A DNA stretch of 64,000 nucleotides from Paragordius varius (taxonomy: Eukaryota > Animalia > Nematomorpha), in the NCBI GenBank assembly GCA_964247055.1, contig OZ176053.1, forward strand, positions 5,208,001 through 5,272,000, in the 5' to 3' direction. Under the pieces are notes generated by a model, which saw nothing but the letters and a program-made list of their open reading frames with translations, was not told the origin of the DNA and ran no database searches. The translations under genes were made by a program, and so were the position numbers. This document shows, in pieces, positions 25,501-39,200 of the stretch (position 1 is the first letter of the stretch; every line of letters starts with the position of its first letter).

Positions 25501-28500
25501 GAATTTAAGGTTAAATATTTAGTTTTTTATATTTAAACTTTTGGATAAAAATGCTCTCACTTTTCGCCTCAAAAAACGAGGATCACGTTGCTATATTGAT
25601 AATTAACTCAAAAAACTAATCTCAATGGGTTAGTTTTTAAGGAATTACTTTATAATTTTGTGTTAAAACTTAATAGACAATAATATGCATAATATATAAG
25701 CTTGCAGTAAGCTTCGAAACACTCAAGTATAAAATGCAAAAATTAGTTTTAAATAATTAGGATCTAAACTTTAAATGATTAAACTAATGCATCGGTTTTG
25801 TCTAAAAACAGACTTTAGTACACTAGTTATTTTTGTATTAAATGTGATTAATCCGTTCAGAACCTGACATGTAGACAAAACATAAGCGTTTTAAATAAAA
25901 TTTATAAAAAAATTCTAAAATATTTATATTTTAAATTTACATTAATTATATATTTGATTTTAAACAACTTATATTTTATGCCATCTCCTAATACCGAACA
26001 AGTTAATCACATGGCGGTTTTAAACAAAATTAATGTTTTAGGTATTTCACATTTTAAAACTTTCATATTCAAATTCATACGATATTTATGAAATACATTT
26101 GATTATTTGCACATGATACATTTTTCTTTTATTTTGGATTCTATATGATAATCTTCTATTTAACAATAAAAATTACATTTTAAACTCTAAACATGGCACA
26201 CTTTTACATTATATTAGGCTATTTTTTATAACCCCCAATTTAACTAATTGAATAACAATTATATTTTTAATTAATTATTATGGGGCTTATGTAATTTTTG
26301 AGTAAAAAACGCAAAATAGTTCGGAAAAAATCTGTGCATATAATCTGGGACCTATATTCTGAAATGATATTTAAAGACTTAACTCGTATAATCTCCAATA
26401 TTTAATTTTTAATACCAACTGTTTTAAATTTTGGACCAGAAATAAAAGATGATTAAAGTAAATACTTATCGCCAATGAGTAATCCCACCAATTAGTTACG
26501 CAAAGATATGCTTTGAGATGTTCCTGATTATAAATTGTTGAAACATTTGGAGGCGATGCTATAGTCCGGGCCAAACAAAGAGCCATGAAAAATGCAACGA
26601 GAATCCCCATGCGCTTTATTAAATCGACATCTGTAATTTTAATTTTTTGAGCTGATCTCACGCGGAAGACTTTGGCGATTCTAATAAATTAAAAAAGTTT
26701 GATTTTAACTAGTATCAAACTGTTAACTGTGACCAAAGAAAAATATCTTTTATGATAACAAATTTTTATCGTAATACTTAATGATTTAATATTATATCGG
26801 AATAAGTGGTGAAACTGCGAGCTATCTGAGAACAAGCGCCTAAACTAAAGTATGCATCCTTAAAAATTAATTAAATTATGGTGCGAAACTTAGTTTTTTG
26901 CTGTGAAGGTTTAAGCAAATCAACTAATCAAAATCTAGTTTATAAAATATATTTGTAACAAACGAAAAAAGAATGAAGACGTTAACTAACTAATAATCAA
27001 TTTAAATGCTGTTTGAGATAAAAGTCATTCACATGTTATTTATACTAAAATTTTAGATTGATAGATATTCTCATATATTTAACATGATAAAAAAGCCCAA
27101 AGTAAATGTGAGGCAAATTTTTATATTTTTGCTACAATTAATTAAAAATATACCTCCAAGTTTTAAGTAATAAAGCACCATATGCTATGGAAAATCCGAT
27201 TTCTCGAAACCACATCTTAAGTGTGCAACTTACCACGGACGGATCCGGATAAGTGACAATCACCTATAATAATGTAATTTTTATTTTGTCAATAAGTTTA
27301 TAAATAAAAAATTTAAGATTGAATTACCGGTAAATATAAAAGTAAGGCACCGAATAAGAAAATGTATAAGAGCGTTGGGCTTGATGCTTTGACAATCTAT
27401 GTGCAAAAAAAAGAGAGTACTAAATGAATAAATAGAAATATTTGACCGGTCAAAAAACGGGTCAATCGCTTAAATACGGTCGTGTTGAATAGTAGCCAAT
27501 TGATTATTAAAACACTGTAAATAAGTATTAAATATAATCAATTAAATCGCTTTACACTAATTATATTTCAAATACATAAAATATAATAAAATTTTGTGTC
27601 AATCTTTACTCATACTTTTATTACTTCTTGATGCATCATATAAAAATGTTTAAACTTTTTAACTGCCTTTTACCCATACATTGATGGTTATTATCCTAAC
27701 CTAACCAATTCACGCTTAGTGAATCGCATTAATACAACTATTTATTTTTTAATTATAATAATATCTGCATTTACATCCATGATATAAATTTTACAATGGA
27801 TATAATTTTTTAAAATTAAATTACCTTGATGTCACGATAAGCCCATGTAAACCACGCAAGAACTGGAACAATGCACATTATAAGACATTGTAGACTCAGT
27901 ATAATGATCCGAAGTATTTTGTTGAGTTGAACTGAACAAGGTCGGTAATCAACACATTCATCACAATCCTTAGCACACGGGAGACATATGAGTTGATCAT
28001 ATTTATTGGGCTCACTCTTTATAAATAAAAATTATTATATTTTATAAGTCATTTTTTCCCTAATTACTTATGTGATTAGGCAAAGGTTGCTATAAATGTA
28101 ATTAAAACTTACCAACTATGCGGTATATAATTAACACTTTTCAATCCGCCTAATGTCTATTTATCTAAAGTTTTTGTCATAGGCCATATTAGAAAAATTT
28201 TAAAGAAATGAAAACGTTTTTTTTGAAAGCTACGATAAGATTTTTTGTATCTTAACACTTTTTATATAAATTAGAGTAGGGACAAATACTCATTAAGATG
28301 GAGTGTTTTGCTAAGTATATATTTATATATATATATATTTACTATCTTAGTTTTGGGCAATTAAGTTGATTAATTATACCTTGACATATTTTTCGTACTC
28401 TTCCTCCATTTCAGTTCCAACAAAGACGAGTTCCTCTCGACTTTTATATGGAAAATAAAATCCTTTTTTACAAACACATTTGTATGACCCACGCCGAAAT

Positions 28501-30216
28501 CCCAAACCTTCTACAGGTACACACTAACATATTAATTGTAAAAACAAAAATATTTATTTTAATTAGTATGATGATAATAGATACATCACAATTATGTATT
28601 GTTAAAGAGAAAAATTTATATTATTAAATATTTATGTTGTCCAACATGCCGCTCAGGACATTACCTGCCCGCGAATTGGAAAATTACCAAATAAATATGA
28701 AATTCTATACTTTGCAAAATACTTACAAAAACTCGATATAAAACTGATATTTTTGAACAAAAAATATAAATGTCCTCAATTTGCAACGGTTGAGTTTGCA
28801 TTTTTTCCACTTTAATCTAATAAAATATTTAATAATGCCAAGGGCCCGACGTATTTTTGAGTAAAAAATGAGGCCCGCGAAGGTATTTGTGTTGACACCC
28901 CTGGTGTAAATATTATATTTTGAAAGAGTTTAACTGCTCTTTTTATTTTAAAATAATTTGAAAAAGCATGTAGGGCCAAAATAAACTAGATTTTTTTAAC
29001 ATTTTTTGACATGGATAGTTTCTTTGAATCGAAACATTATTGTTAGACCAACAGTATAAAATTACTATCATGAACGTACATAAGTAGAATCCTTGTGGCA
29101 TTTGTCGGATCCGGCGAAAACGTTCAAAGTTGTATCGTTTGGTTGCATAGGACATTGGTCGATATCTACTTTGCGCAGATCAATATCGATTCCGCTTGTT
29201 CCCCTGTTATTACGCATCGAATTATTATACCACATTTATAATAACGTGAAAACAATATTGTTTGAGTATTGAGAATTAAAAACCACTTCTAGTGTTAATT
29301 TAACAATTTGGACCGGTTACAAATTAAAAATTGAATACGATTAGGTTCTGATTCGTGTTTGAATGTTTCGGGTTTTTAAAGATTGAAACGGATACAAAAC
29401 CGTTAAAAATTGGTTCCGCGGTTCTTTATAATTTCATTCTTTAGGACAAATTTGCAATGAAACTTTAACATTTAGCATAGTTACCAAAAAAATTTTTCCG
29501 TCTATATCATGATTTATTTTTCATAATGGTTAAATGTTTTTTTTCCAAATACCCATCAGGTAAACAGAAATATTATTGGTCTTATAGCCATTGGGTGTTA
29601 TTAACTGGATAAAAACATAGAATTTAGAGTCTTTTTTCCTTTTATTGAGTATAAACATAAACTTTATCAGGACTTATGAAGGCTTAAACAACTGCCTGCC
29701 CAGGGCTAAAAGTAATGATAAGTTGGAGTTTGAACCTGGTAAGACAACGGTGCCCTGCCTATTATACCTACTCGCCTTCTCGGATAAACTGATAATAACT
29801 AATATATTAGTTAACTTTCAAAACAGATTAAGTTATGGCAAAAAATTACGTGCATAAAAAGTGCCAAAATTTAATATGGAAATTATTTACTTATTCTCTC
29901 TTATGTAAATTTTAATCCTAGAATATATGATCCAACTCTTAATATGAAAATTATACTACAGGTAAAAATCCAAAATGATTTCTTAATATCACTTCCTATA
30001 ATAGCCTCATATTATATAAATAACAACGATATTTCTTTTGTTGCAACCCAAAATAACTTAACAATAAAAACTGAAATTATACGGACAAAACGTAAAAATA
30101 TAGAGACAAATATTTTTTTCTAAAAGACAACCATACTTTTTCAAATCTAAATTTTTCCTATATAAAATATTTATTTACAAATAGAAAATATATAATTTAA
30201 TGTGTTACCAATATAT

Positions 30217-30252
<36 letters not shown>

Positions 30253-33200
30253 TGTGTGCAAAAAAATTTTTAACAAAAAAAACAAAAAAAATTTTTTTTC
30301 ATTAGATGGCTAATGACCAGCGTATTGCTGCAAAAATTTTTATTTGTTGACAACCTAGTTTTTGAAAAATTGAGAGAAAATCGAAATCGGGAAAAAAGTG
30401 AAAATTAAGGATAATTAGGGATAATTCAAAAAATGATGAAATTTAAAATATTATGGTTTATCATTTTAGGAGATATTTTCAATGTATAAAGAGCCTAAAA
30501 TCATATAGTTTGGGTTTCTATAAAATTTCAGGTCAAAAGATGGCGTTTTTCTTTTGTCACACTTATAAACAAAAAAATTTAATGAAACTATATTAAAATA
30601 ATTTTTTTTGATTATTTACTACCTAAACTCAGTATTAAAATCTTAACATTCATATTTTATTCAGTAAAATAAACTTCTATATCAAAATAAAACCAAAAAT
30701 ATTGTTTTTTATTTTTGCATTTTTTTGTCATCTGGTTTATGAGTGCATAAAAAATTTATTCTGTTTTATTTTGGATTCTCACCTGATTAGGAATTATAAA
30801 GTATAAAATTTATGCACAATATTAAAATTAGTGGAATATCAACCAACAATCCGTACAAATCACAATACAAATATTAATTTGTCATAAAACAGACTGGTTA
30901 GAGGAAATTGTAAGGATTTTTTGGTTTTCCACTACTTTTAAATCCTATTTTGCATAAATTATATACTTAATAATTTGTAATCATGTGAGAATCCAAAATA
31001 AAACAGTATATATTTTTTATACACTTATAAACCAGATGACAAAAAAATCAAAAATAAAAAACAATATTTTTGGTTAATTTTGATATAGAATTTTATTTTA
31101 CTGAATAAAATATGAATGTTAAGATTTTAATAGTGAGTTTAGGTAGTAAATAATAAAAAAAATTATTTTAATATGGTTTCATTAAATTTTTTTTGTCTTT
31201 TAAGTGTGACAAAAGAAAAACGCCATCTTTTGACCTGAAATTTTATAGAAACCCAAACTATATGATTTTAGGCTCTTTATATATTGAATGATAATAAACC
31301 ATAATATTTCAAATTTTATCATTATTTTTTAAATTATCCTTAATAAACCTTAATTTTCACATTTTGCCCGATTTCGATTTGCTCTCATTCAAAAACTAGG
31401 TTGTCAACAAATAAAAATTTATGCGGCAAATGAATATACTGGTTATAAGCTATCTCATGAAAAAAAATTTTTGTTAAATCAAAATGACCCTCTTTTTTGC
31501 ACACAGTGTATATGTTCCATATTTGCAATTTTTAATTATATGAATTTTAAAATGTCGAGATATAAAAAGTGTGGCTGTCTTTTAGAAAAAAATATTTGTC
31601 TTAATATTTTTTCGTTTTGTCCGTATAGTTTCAATTTTTACGGTATGCAAATTAAATATTTTCATTTTATTGCTGTCAAATCATTGTATTTGTGAGGAAT
31701 AAAAAAACAAATAACTACATAAAATGATATTTTCCCTTCTGGTATCGAAAAAAGGGGATAGTGTACGTCATCATCCATATGTTACCGCCACCGCAATCAA
31801 AGTAGGGTTTACTCCAATAGCCATCGTTATAACTGACAGCCAAAATATCTTCTTTTAGTTCGGGCCCATCAGCGGATTCATTGTATCGCATACGGTATAC
31901 TCCTAATTTAATTTTTTTATCAAAAAAAAATTATACAGTTAATTATAAATTTTGTTTAAAGGTAATTAAAAAAGATAGGGAAAGGTATTATTTCAATATG
32001 GGAAAAGTGTGTCCAAAACAATTTTTATCAATAATTAAGAATTAAAATAGATATATTTAAGGTAAATTTTTTTGACTGTTAGCTTTGCTTCCACCATTTA
32101 ACAAATTTTAACATTTTCGTAACAGCTTTAGGCGAGATATCTCATAATATAAACTGTTTTTTACCGCAGTCTTTAAAAAATAAAGTTTTTTAATTAACTA
32201 ATTGAACACTTCAACCGTAACGAGATAAATATTTTTATCAATTTGTTTGGCTATTTTAGCGAAACTATATTTTATGTTTCGTACGTCTCTTTTTTCAAAA
32301 ATTTGCCCAAAAATTAACTATCAATACTGTACAAGCCAATGTATTTTTGTCAATCTAGAAAACTAGCAGGAATTTTAATTGTTAAAACTAAAAGCGTTAT
32401 TAGAAAAGATTATTTTATTCATGTTTTTCGGTATTTAAGGAAGGACAAAGACAATTTTTTTAAACAACAGTTATCTAATTTTTATACCGTTTGCAAATGA
32501 TTCAAAACCTTTAAATTGAATCCGAAAGTTATAATTAATTCCGATATCAGTCTCTCTTTCTTTTACTATGCTTATGAAAAGACTGTTGATGTTTGTTTTA
32601 TGACAACTCTTCCCATTAAGTTTGCGAAATAAATCAATATTTAATGAAAAGATTTTGACAACATTATTATAGGACATATTATAACTGTCCTTTCCTTTAT
32701 TCCATAACATTATTAAAAATGCTATGGTCAAAAATTAAGATTTATTGTCATCATTACCTTAAAAGTTCATAATTGTTCATTTTCTTGTGTTAATAAAATA
32801 ATGCTACAAAGAAGTAACAATCTTTTTATTAATATGTTCAGTTTAACATTACTTAATAATTAACTTCTTAACAAGATTTTCATTTGCGGAAGAAACATGA
32901 GTTGGAATGGAAAGAAAAACAGTAAGATTTAAAAAATTTACAAATTAAAAAACGCATACTTATATGTATGTCATAGCTATAATTCTTATATGTCACATAT
33001 TAATATCACAATGTGCTAGTTGCTCATATTGAATCTCTCCTATGTTGAGTACTGAAATAAAAAAAACTTTATAAACTGTCAAGTTGTCAACTACTTTGCT
33101 ATATATAGTAATTAATAATACATGCACACATTTAATTAATTAATTTAGGTACAACAACTAAAGTTCTATATATAATCTTTTAAAATATAATTTTATTTTT

Positions 33201-36200
33201 TTTATGTAACAGTTAAATTAAAATTTAAAAAAATATATATTACATAAAAATGGAAGAATTTGCAATACATGGTTTTTTTCCTTTTCCCAGAAGTTAACCC
33301 CTGAAGATTATCGCTTGCTTAGAGGCTCAGAGCTAACAACCATAATTTTTTATGATTCCAGTTTGATTAGAGATTAATTTAAGTGAAGCAATATAAATCG
33401 TTTTGATAAAAATATAGCGATTTAAATATAATTATAAAATATGTCATAATGTACATTATCCTTGTATAGTGTTAATCATGAAAGTTTGATTATCTTAGAT
33501 AAATACAATCGTAAAATAATCTATATATTTATAAAAATGGAAAATGCTGGCTGTGATCTGGTACAGGAAAAACGGTAGACCCAATCAAATCCAAACTTCG
33601 AAAAAATATAATCATTAATGAATGCCCCGACAATAGCTTCGCCCGTTTTTTGAAATAGGCCCCCAGTTCGGGCCCCCCGTGTGAAAAACGGGTTTTTTTT
33701 GAAAACAGAAGTCCACAAAAATCGTGTCTTTAAGACAATTTTCTGGAGAACGTGTTGGACCATTCAATTTCAAATATGATTTTTGTTTACTTATTTTCGA
33801 TTGCGCCGAACATAGTCGAGTCACTTTTTTGATTTAGGCGCTCTTTTTACCCGCTCCCCCCGTAAAATGACATTTTTTCAAAAAACAAAGACCACAAAAA
33901 TAATTTTTTAAATCTATTTTTCGCCCTAGGTATGAGACCGTAAAAATTTAATATGGATTCCACGAATTCCCTGTTAAAAGGAAAAAATTTTAGTCAAGCG
34001 TTTCTTTGATGATAGCTGCTGGTTAAGGAGCTACCCGCTAAAAACTGATTTCTCATGTAACTTTGTGATCTGTTTCCGGAAAACTGGTGAACCCATTCAA
34101 AACCAAACATCGTAAAAATTTAATCATAAATAAATGTTCCGACAATAGCTTCGCCCTTTTTTGGAATTAGATCCCCAGTTCGATCCTACCCCGTGTGAAA
34201 AATGGGTTAAGTCAATTTTTTGGAGAACGTGTTGGACCATTCAATTTTAAATATGATTTTTGTTTACTTATTTTTGATCGCGCTGAACATAGTCGACTCA
34301 CTTTTTTGATTTAGGCCCTCTTTTTACCCGCTCCCCCCGTAAAATGCCATTTTTTTCAAAAAAAACAAAGTCCACAAAAATATTTTTTTAATTGTATTTT
34401 TTTGCCCAAGGTATGAGACTGTATAAATTCGAGAAGGATTTTTTGTATTGCCTGTTAAAAAGCAAAAATTTTAGTCAGGCGTTTCTTTGATGATAGCTGC
34501 TGGGTAAGGAGCTACCCGCTAAAAACTGATTCCTCATGTAACTTTGTGATCTGCTACCGGAAAACCGGTAGACCCATTCAAATCCGAACTTTGAACCCCC
34601 GCCCCTCCCCAGAAGTCCGAAGGACTTCCTCGGGCTGCGTAGCAGCACGAGATTTACGCTAGTAATTGATATATTTTGTACTAATCTAATAGTTTTTAGG
34701 GCCAAGTTTGTAAATACTAATTTTGAGTACCAAATATTAAATCGGTTTTTCTTCCTATTTAAAGGAATGTACATGGTTTAAAAAAGGAAAATAGTATTGA
34801 TACTTTTTATTTTAAGCATAAAAACCATTTTTTTAACATTAGCGTCATCGATTATACTTATGATAGATTAATTTATCATGCTGAGCCATTGTATAAAATA
34901 ATCAGAATCATATTAGTTGTGATTTTAATATTAATCATATAGCTTAATATAAGTTTAAAGGTTATATAAGGCTTAAAACTGTTTTATTAAAAATTAGAAA
35001 TGTTCTGAAAGGAATATAAGTTTGGGTCAAAAATGTGGGCAACTTAAAAATCGCTTTACTTGATCAATAGTTACCGTTAATCATTCATAACCAGTTAAGA
35101 TGAGATTGAGATACTAACTTCATTTCGATTTTATTTGTTGTTTATAAAAATCAATCAATTTTTAGATTAAATGTTATAAATGTAATGTTGATTAAAATTT
35201 AAGAACTTTAGTGCAATCTGTCAAAATAATTTCATTAATATTTTTTTGATCATATAAAATTGATCGCATATGCAAGATCTACGGAAAAACAATAGTGATA
35301 TTTAAGTGTAGTTATTGGAAACAGTAACATGTCCAAGTGAAAATTGTATCATTAGAGCTTTTGCGGATATATACAAAAATGAAAAAAAAGCGTTTTGACC
35401 AGGGATTAAAACCAAAACTGTTTTTATGTCGTTTTTGTGAGCGGTTTTGGATTTCGGATAGTCATATTTCCGGCCTTGTCTTTATTTAATTTTTAATATT
35501 AAAAGTCATTATTTAAAAACTAAATGTATTACAACCCAAACTTAATGATATAAAAAGTGGCTTAAAAAACTTATCCGATCTTGCTTTAAAGTCATTTTTA
35601 CAATTATATCATCCTTCTGTGAGGGGACAATATATTAAAATATAAATATAATTTTCGCTAAAAACTATTCACATAATAGTTGACTATAGACCACTTTTTA
35701 ACAAAGATTGTCCAATAGCCATTTGACAACTCGATCGATTTTTATATTCTATATTTATCAAACTATATTATTATGCATAAACTATATTATTTTAAGAATT
35801 TAAAATTTTCGCTGACCTTTTTCAAATATTAGTTAATATGGTATTTGATAATTTTAAGTTATAACATAAAAATATAGCCACTCATCAAAAATTAGCCTTT
35901 ATACTCTTAAAGGAATGTTTTTATATCAAATGTGTGTGTTAAATAGGTTCATTGTTTATATTCTTTTACTTTAATTAATAATGCATCTCTAAAAGGCATG
36001 GTGTGGCATCGCCAATCACCCCAATCTGTATCGAAGGATCTGAACTGGTAATATGTGTTAAAGTATCAAATAATGTTCTTATAAAAGAGACTTCCCTTTA
36101 TTATAAGAATCTCAGTAATAAAAAGTACACATGGCCATTATCAGCTGCATCACCACCCCTTGTTAAAAAATTAAACTTTTTAGTTTGACATTTTATAGTA

Positions 36201-39200
36201 GGGAAGGTTACGCCCCTAAACGATTATATCCTAAAAATAATTGCATTGTTTTAAATCAAAGTGCATGATGATTAGCATGAGCTAATTTTTATTTACAGAC
36301 GCCGTTAACACTTAGATTCAAATTGGGGTATCTAAATACCCCAGACTAAAAAGTTAGGATTTTTAAAAAAACTGCTGACGAAAAAATTAAATTTATGCTT
36401 CTATCCTAATAAAAATTATATGAGCCAAAATTAAATAAAATTTTGTTTTGAAAAAAAAAGTTTCATGTCAACTCACTTCGACGCCATTTTTATTTTACAA
36501 ATTTGCAAAATATCGTCCTTATTAAATTTTAAGGGTAAAATTAAAGCCAATTTATATTTAAATTACATCTAACATTGATAAATAGAAAAGGCGGTTTGTT
36601 TTGTATTATTTTTTAATTTTACCATCGCACATATGTCACGTTGACCAAATTTTTACCTTTCGGTTTTAGCTTAAAATAAGTAATATCAAGTATTTTAAAT
36701 AAATTTTTTTATATATTTCCGTTTATTAATGTTATATAAGTTCAAAATTTTGCCATGGTTTCGATTCCTTCCATATTTTTTAAAGAATTTAATTTTCAGG
36801 TCTGGAGTATCCAACTAACGTAATTTGAATCGAAGGACTGAAATGAATGTCTTGTATTCGAGTGTTAATATATAATAACACATAAAATAAACCATCTAAT
36901 TTTAAAATATAATAATGTAGAGCAATATTTTTCAAATTTTAAAAATTTATCAATAAACATCTGTATTTAAATAAAAATTAAGAAATAATTATAACCCAAA
37001 TTACTTAAAACTAAAGCGATAACATGTAAAGATAATATTCTAATTAACATTTTTTACCACCATTTGTTATAAAAATTTAAAATAATGAAAATTATATCAT
37101 TGAATAATTTGACAAATAATAGAAGCGGTGTTAGGCGCTAAAAAATATAATTAAAAATATAATAATTAGTAAAAACTTATTAACCTATTCTACATTTTAT
37201 GCGAAAAAAATAAATTTGTTAATATATATTTTTATGTTAATTACAATAATTCATGATAAACAAAAATCCAATTATATTATACGTATATAAATAAGATGAA
37301 TGATAAATAAACTATTTTTAACTGTTAATAAATTTTTGTAAATAATATATAAGTATTTATCATGCAATATATTTTATAAATAATTTCTCTTTGTAAATGT
37401 TTTAACCGAAATAGAGATTTACATGTTTCATAAACTGTGTTTTGCTTACATAGCGAACGATATTAATTAAGATACTAACATAATAAAATGGTAAATCTTT
37501 ATTTATGCCCCAGGACTATCTAAAATTTAAATACCTATAAAAATAGCATTGGGCCAAATGTAAAAATATACTTTTTTAACTAATAGGCGCATGATATATA
37601 AAAAATTTAAATAAAATGGTAAAAAAATCCTCATCTCAAATTTTTTTGCCGCCATTTTTTTAATTTTCTACAAAACGCAATTACTGTATATAATGGTCGT
37701 AAATTGTAAATAATAACTTTGATTTCTAAATTGCAATTTACTTGCAAATTTTGATATTATTTAATTAATATCAGCTGTTCGTTTCAAATGTATTTTGGAA
37801 CTATCTGAATTTGAAACTTTAGAAGTTAATAAACTGTATGATTTCTATGTTTATTATCTGATAAAAACGGTTAAAACAACTTTAATATAGTAGTTTGCTT
37901 ACTAGTTTAAGCTGTGGGGTCGAAACACTACCCCACAATGTCATCGCGATAATTGCAATGTAATGAAGTGTTAACAAAAAAACATAAAACAAAAACTTTA
38001 TTGGGCACCTCCAGCTCAATTCATAAAAAATTCTAAATCAAAACTGAAGAATATAAGTCTTCATCAAAGTGTAAATATTTTTTCTTGGAAATATACAAGA
38101 TTATTGTAAAAATATAGATTACTTCTAATGGGATGCAAATTACATAAAAATGCTTATATCAAGATTTAAAAAAATTCTTGTTTTAAAACGAGATATTGAA
38201 CTATATATATAAAGTTAAATTATAGTTTACCGCATAAAATTAAGCGCAAGTTATTACCCCAAAGTTCATGTTAATTTATTTTTGCGAGTCTTACAAGGCT
38301 TCTTGAAATATACCTTTATATAAGAAATACAATTTAGTTGACATCAGATTATATTCATTTTTTTACGGCGCAGTGTTAAACATTCTAATCACTTAGAAAA
38401 ATGTATCAATATTTAGTCATTTGAAAAAATTTCATATTTATAGTAATTGCTCCATATCGTAAAATCGCTAAAGTAGGGCACATTATGCTAAATAAAATTG
38501 GTGGAAGTTGAATGCGTCAATATTGAAAATTTAAATAATATATCTTATAAATTATATTTTAAAATATGTCTGTTTATAGTATTTTAATGTTTTCGGAGCG
38601 CCAAAAGTATTTTTTGAAGATCAATGGAGATGAGCTATCTTTAAAATAAACTCAAAAAAACAGTAGAACGATAAGTTTTTAATTCATCCTAGATTATTAC
38701 ATCATAATTATTATTTTGGAAAAAAGGCAATCTTTCCTTTAAAAATTTTCGCAAATTGGTAATTAAGGAAATTTGAAGCATTTATAATAACATTTTAAAC
38801 TATTATAAGAACACTTTTTCTAAATATCTTGATGTCGATATTTCTATCACCTCATAATTTTCATAGTATATTGTGTGAATTTAAGTAAAATTTTTAGGAG
38901 AACAAATTTTTATATCGATCGGAGGTAAAAATAAAAATCCAATTATGGATATAAGGTGTTATAATAATTTTGTGTAATTTGATGTGTGATTCGAAATGGT
39001 TAATTTAATGCTTAATTTTGCTTTTTTCCCAGAAAATTAATATATATAAACAAATTATCGCCACATCACGGGTTTTTTACTTTGATTTCAAGTGCAATTC
39101 ATCTAATCGTTCTCAAAAATAGGTGTTTTTTTATTACAATATATTTTGCATCGAAGTATCTAACTTCTAACTAATTTAACATAATAAGGCGTTTAAATTT

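Noticed and set aside
29725-29778. tRNA gene
   Set aside because: A- and B-box-like motifs are present but there is no complete cloverleaf or acceptor stem; treated only as a possible SINE head.
35995-36200. GC-richer patch in GPCR intron 1 (possible alternative exon or LINE endonuclease relic, ...IGVIGD...)
   Set aside because: Stops in all frames and no phase-compatible splice sites; similarity too weak.
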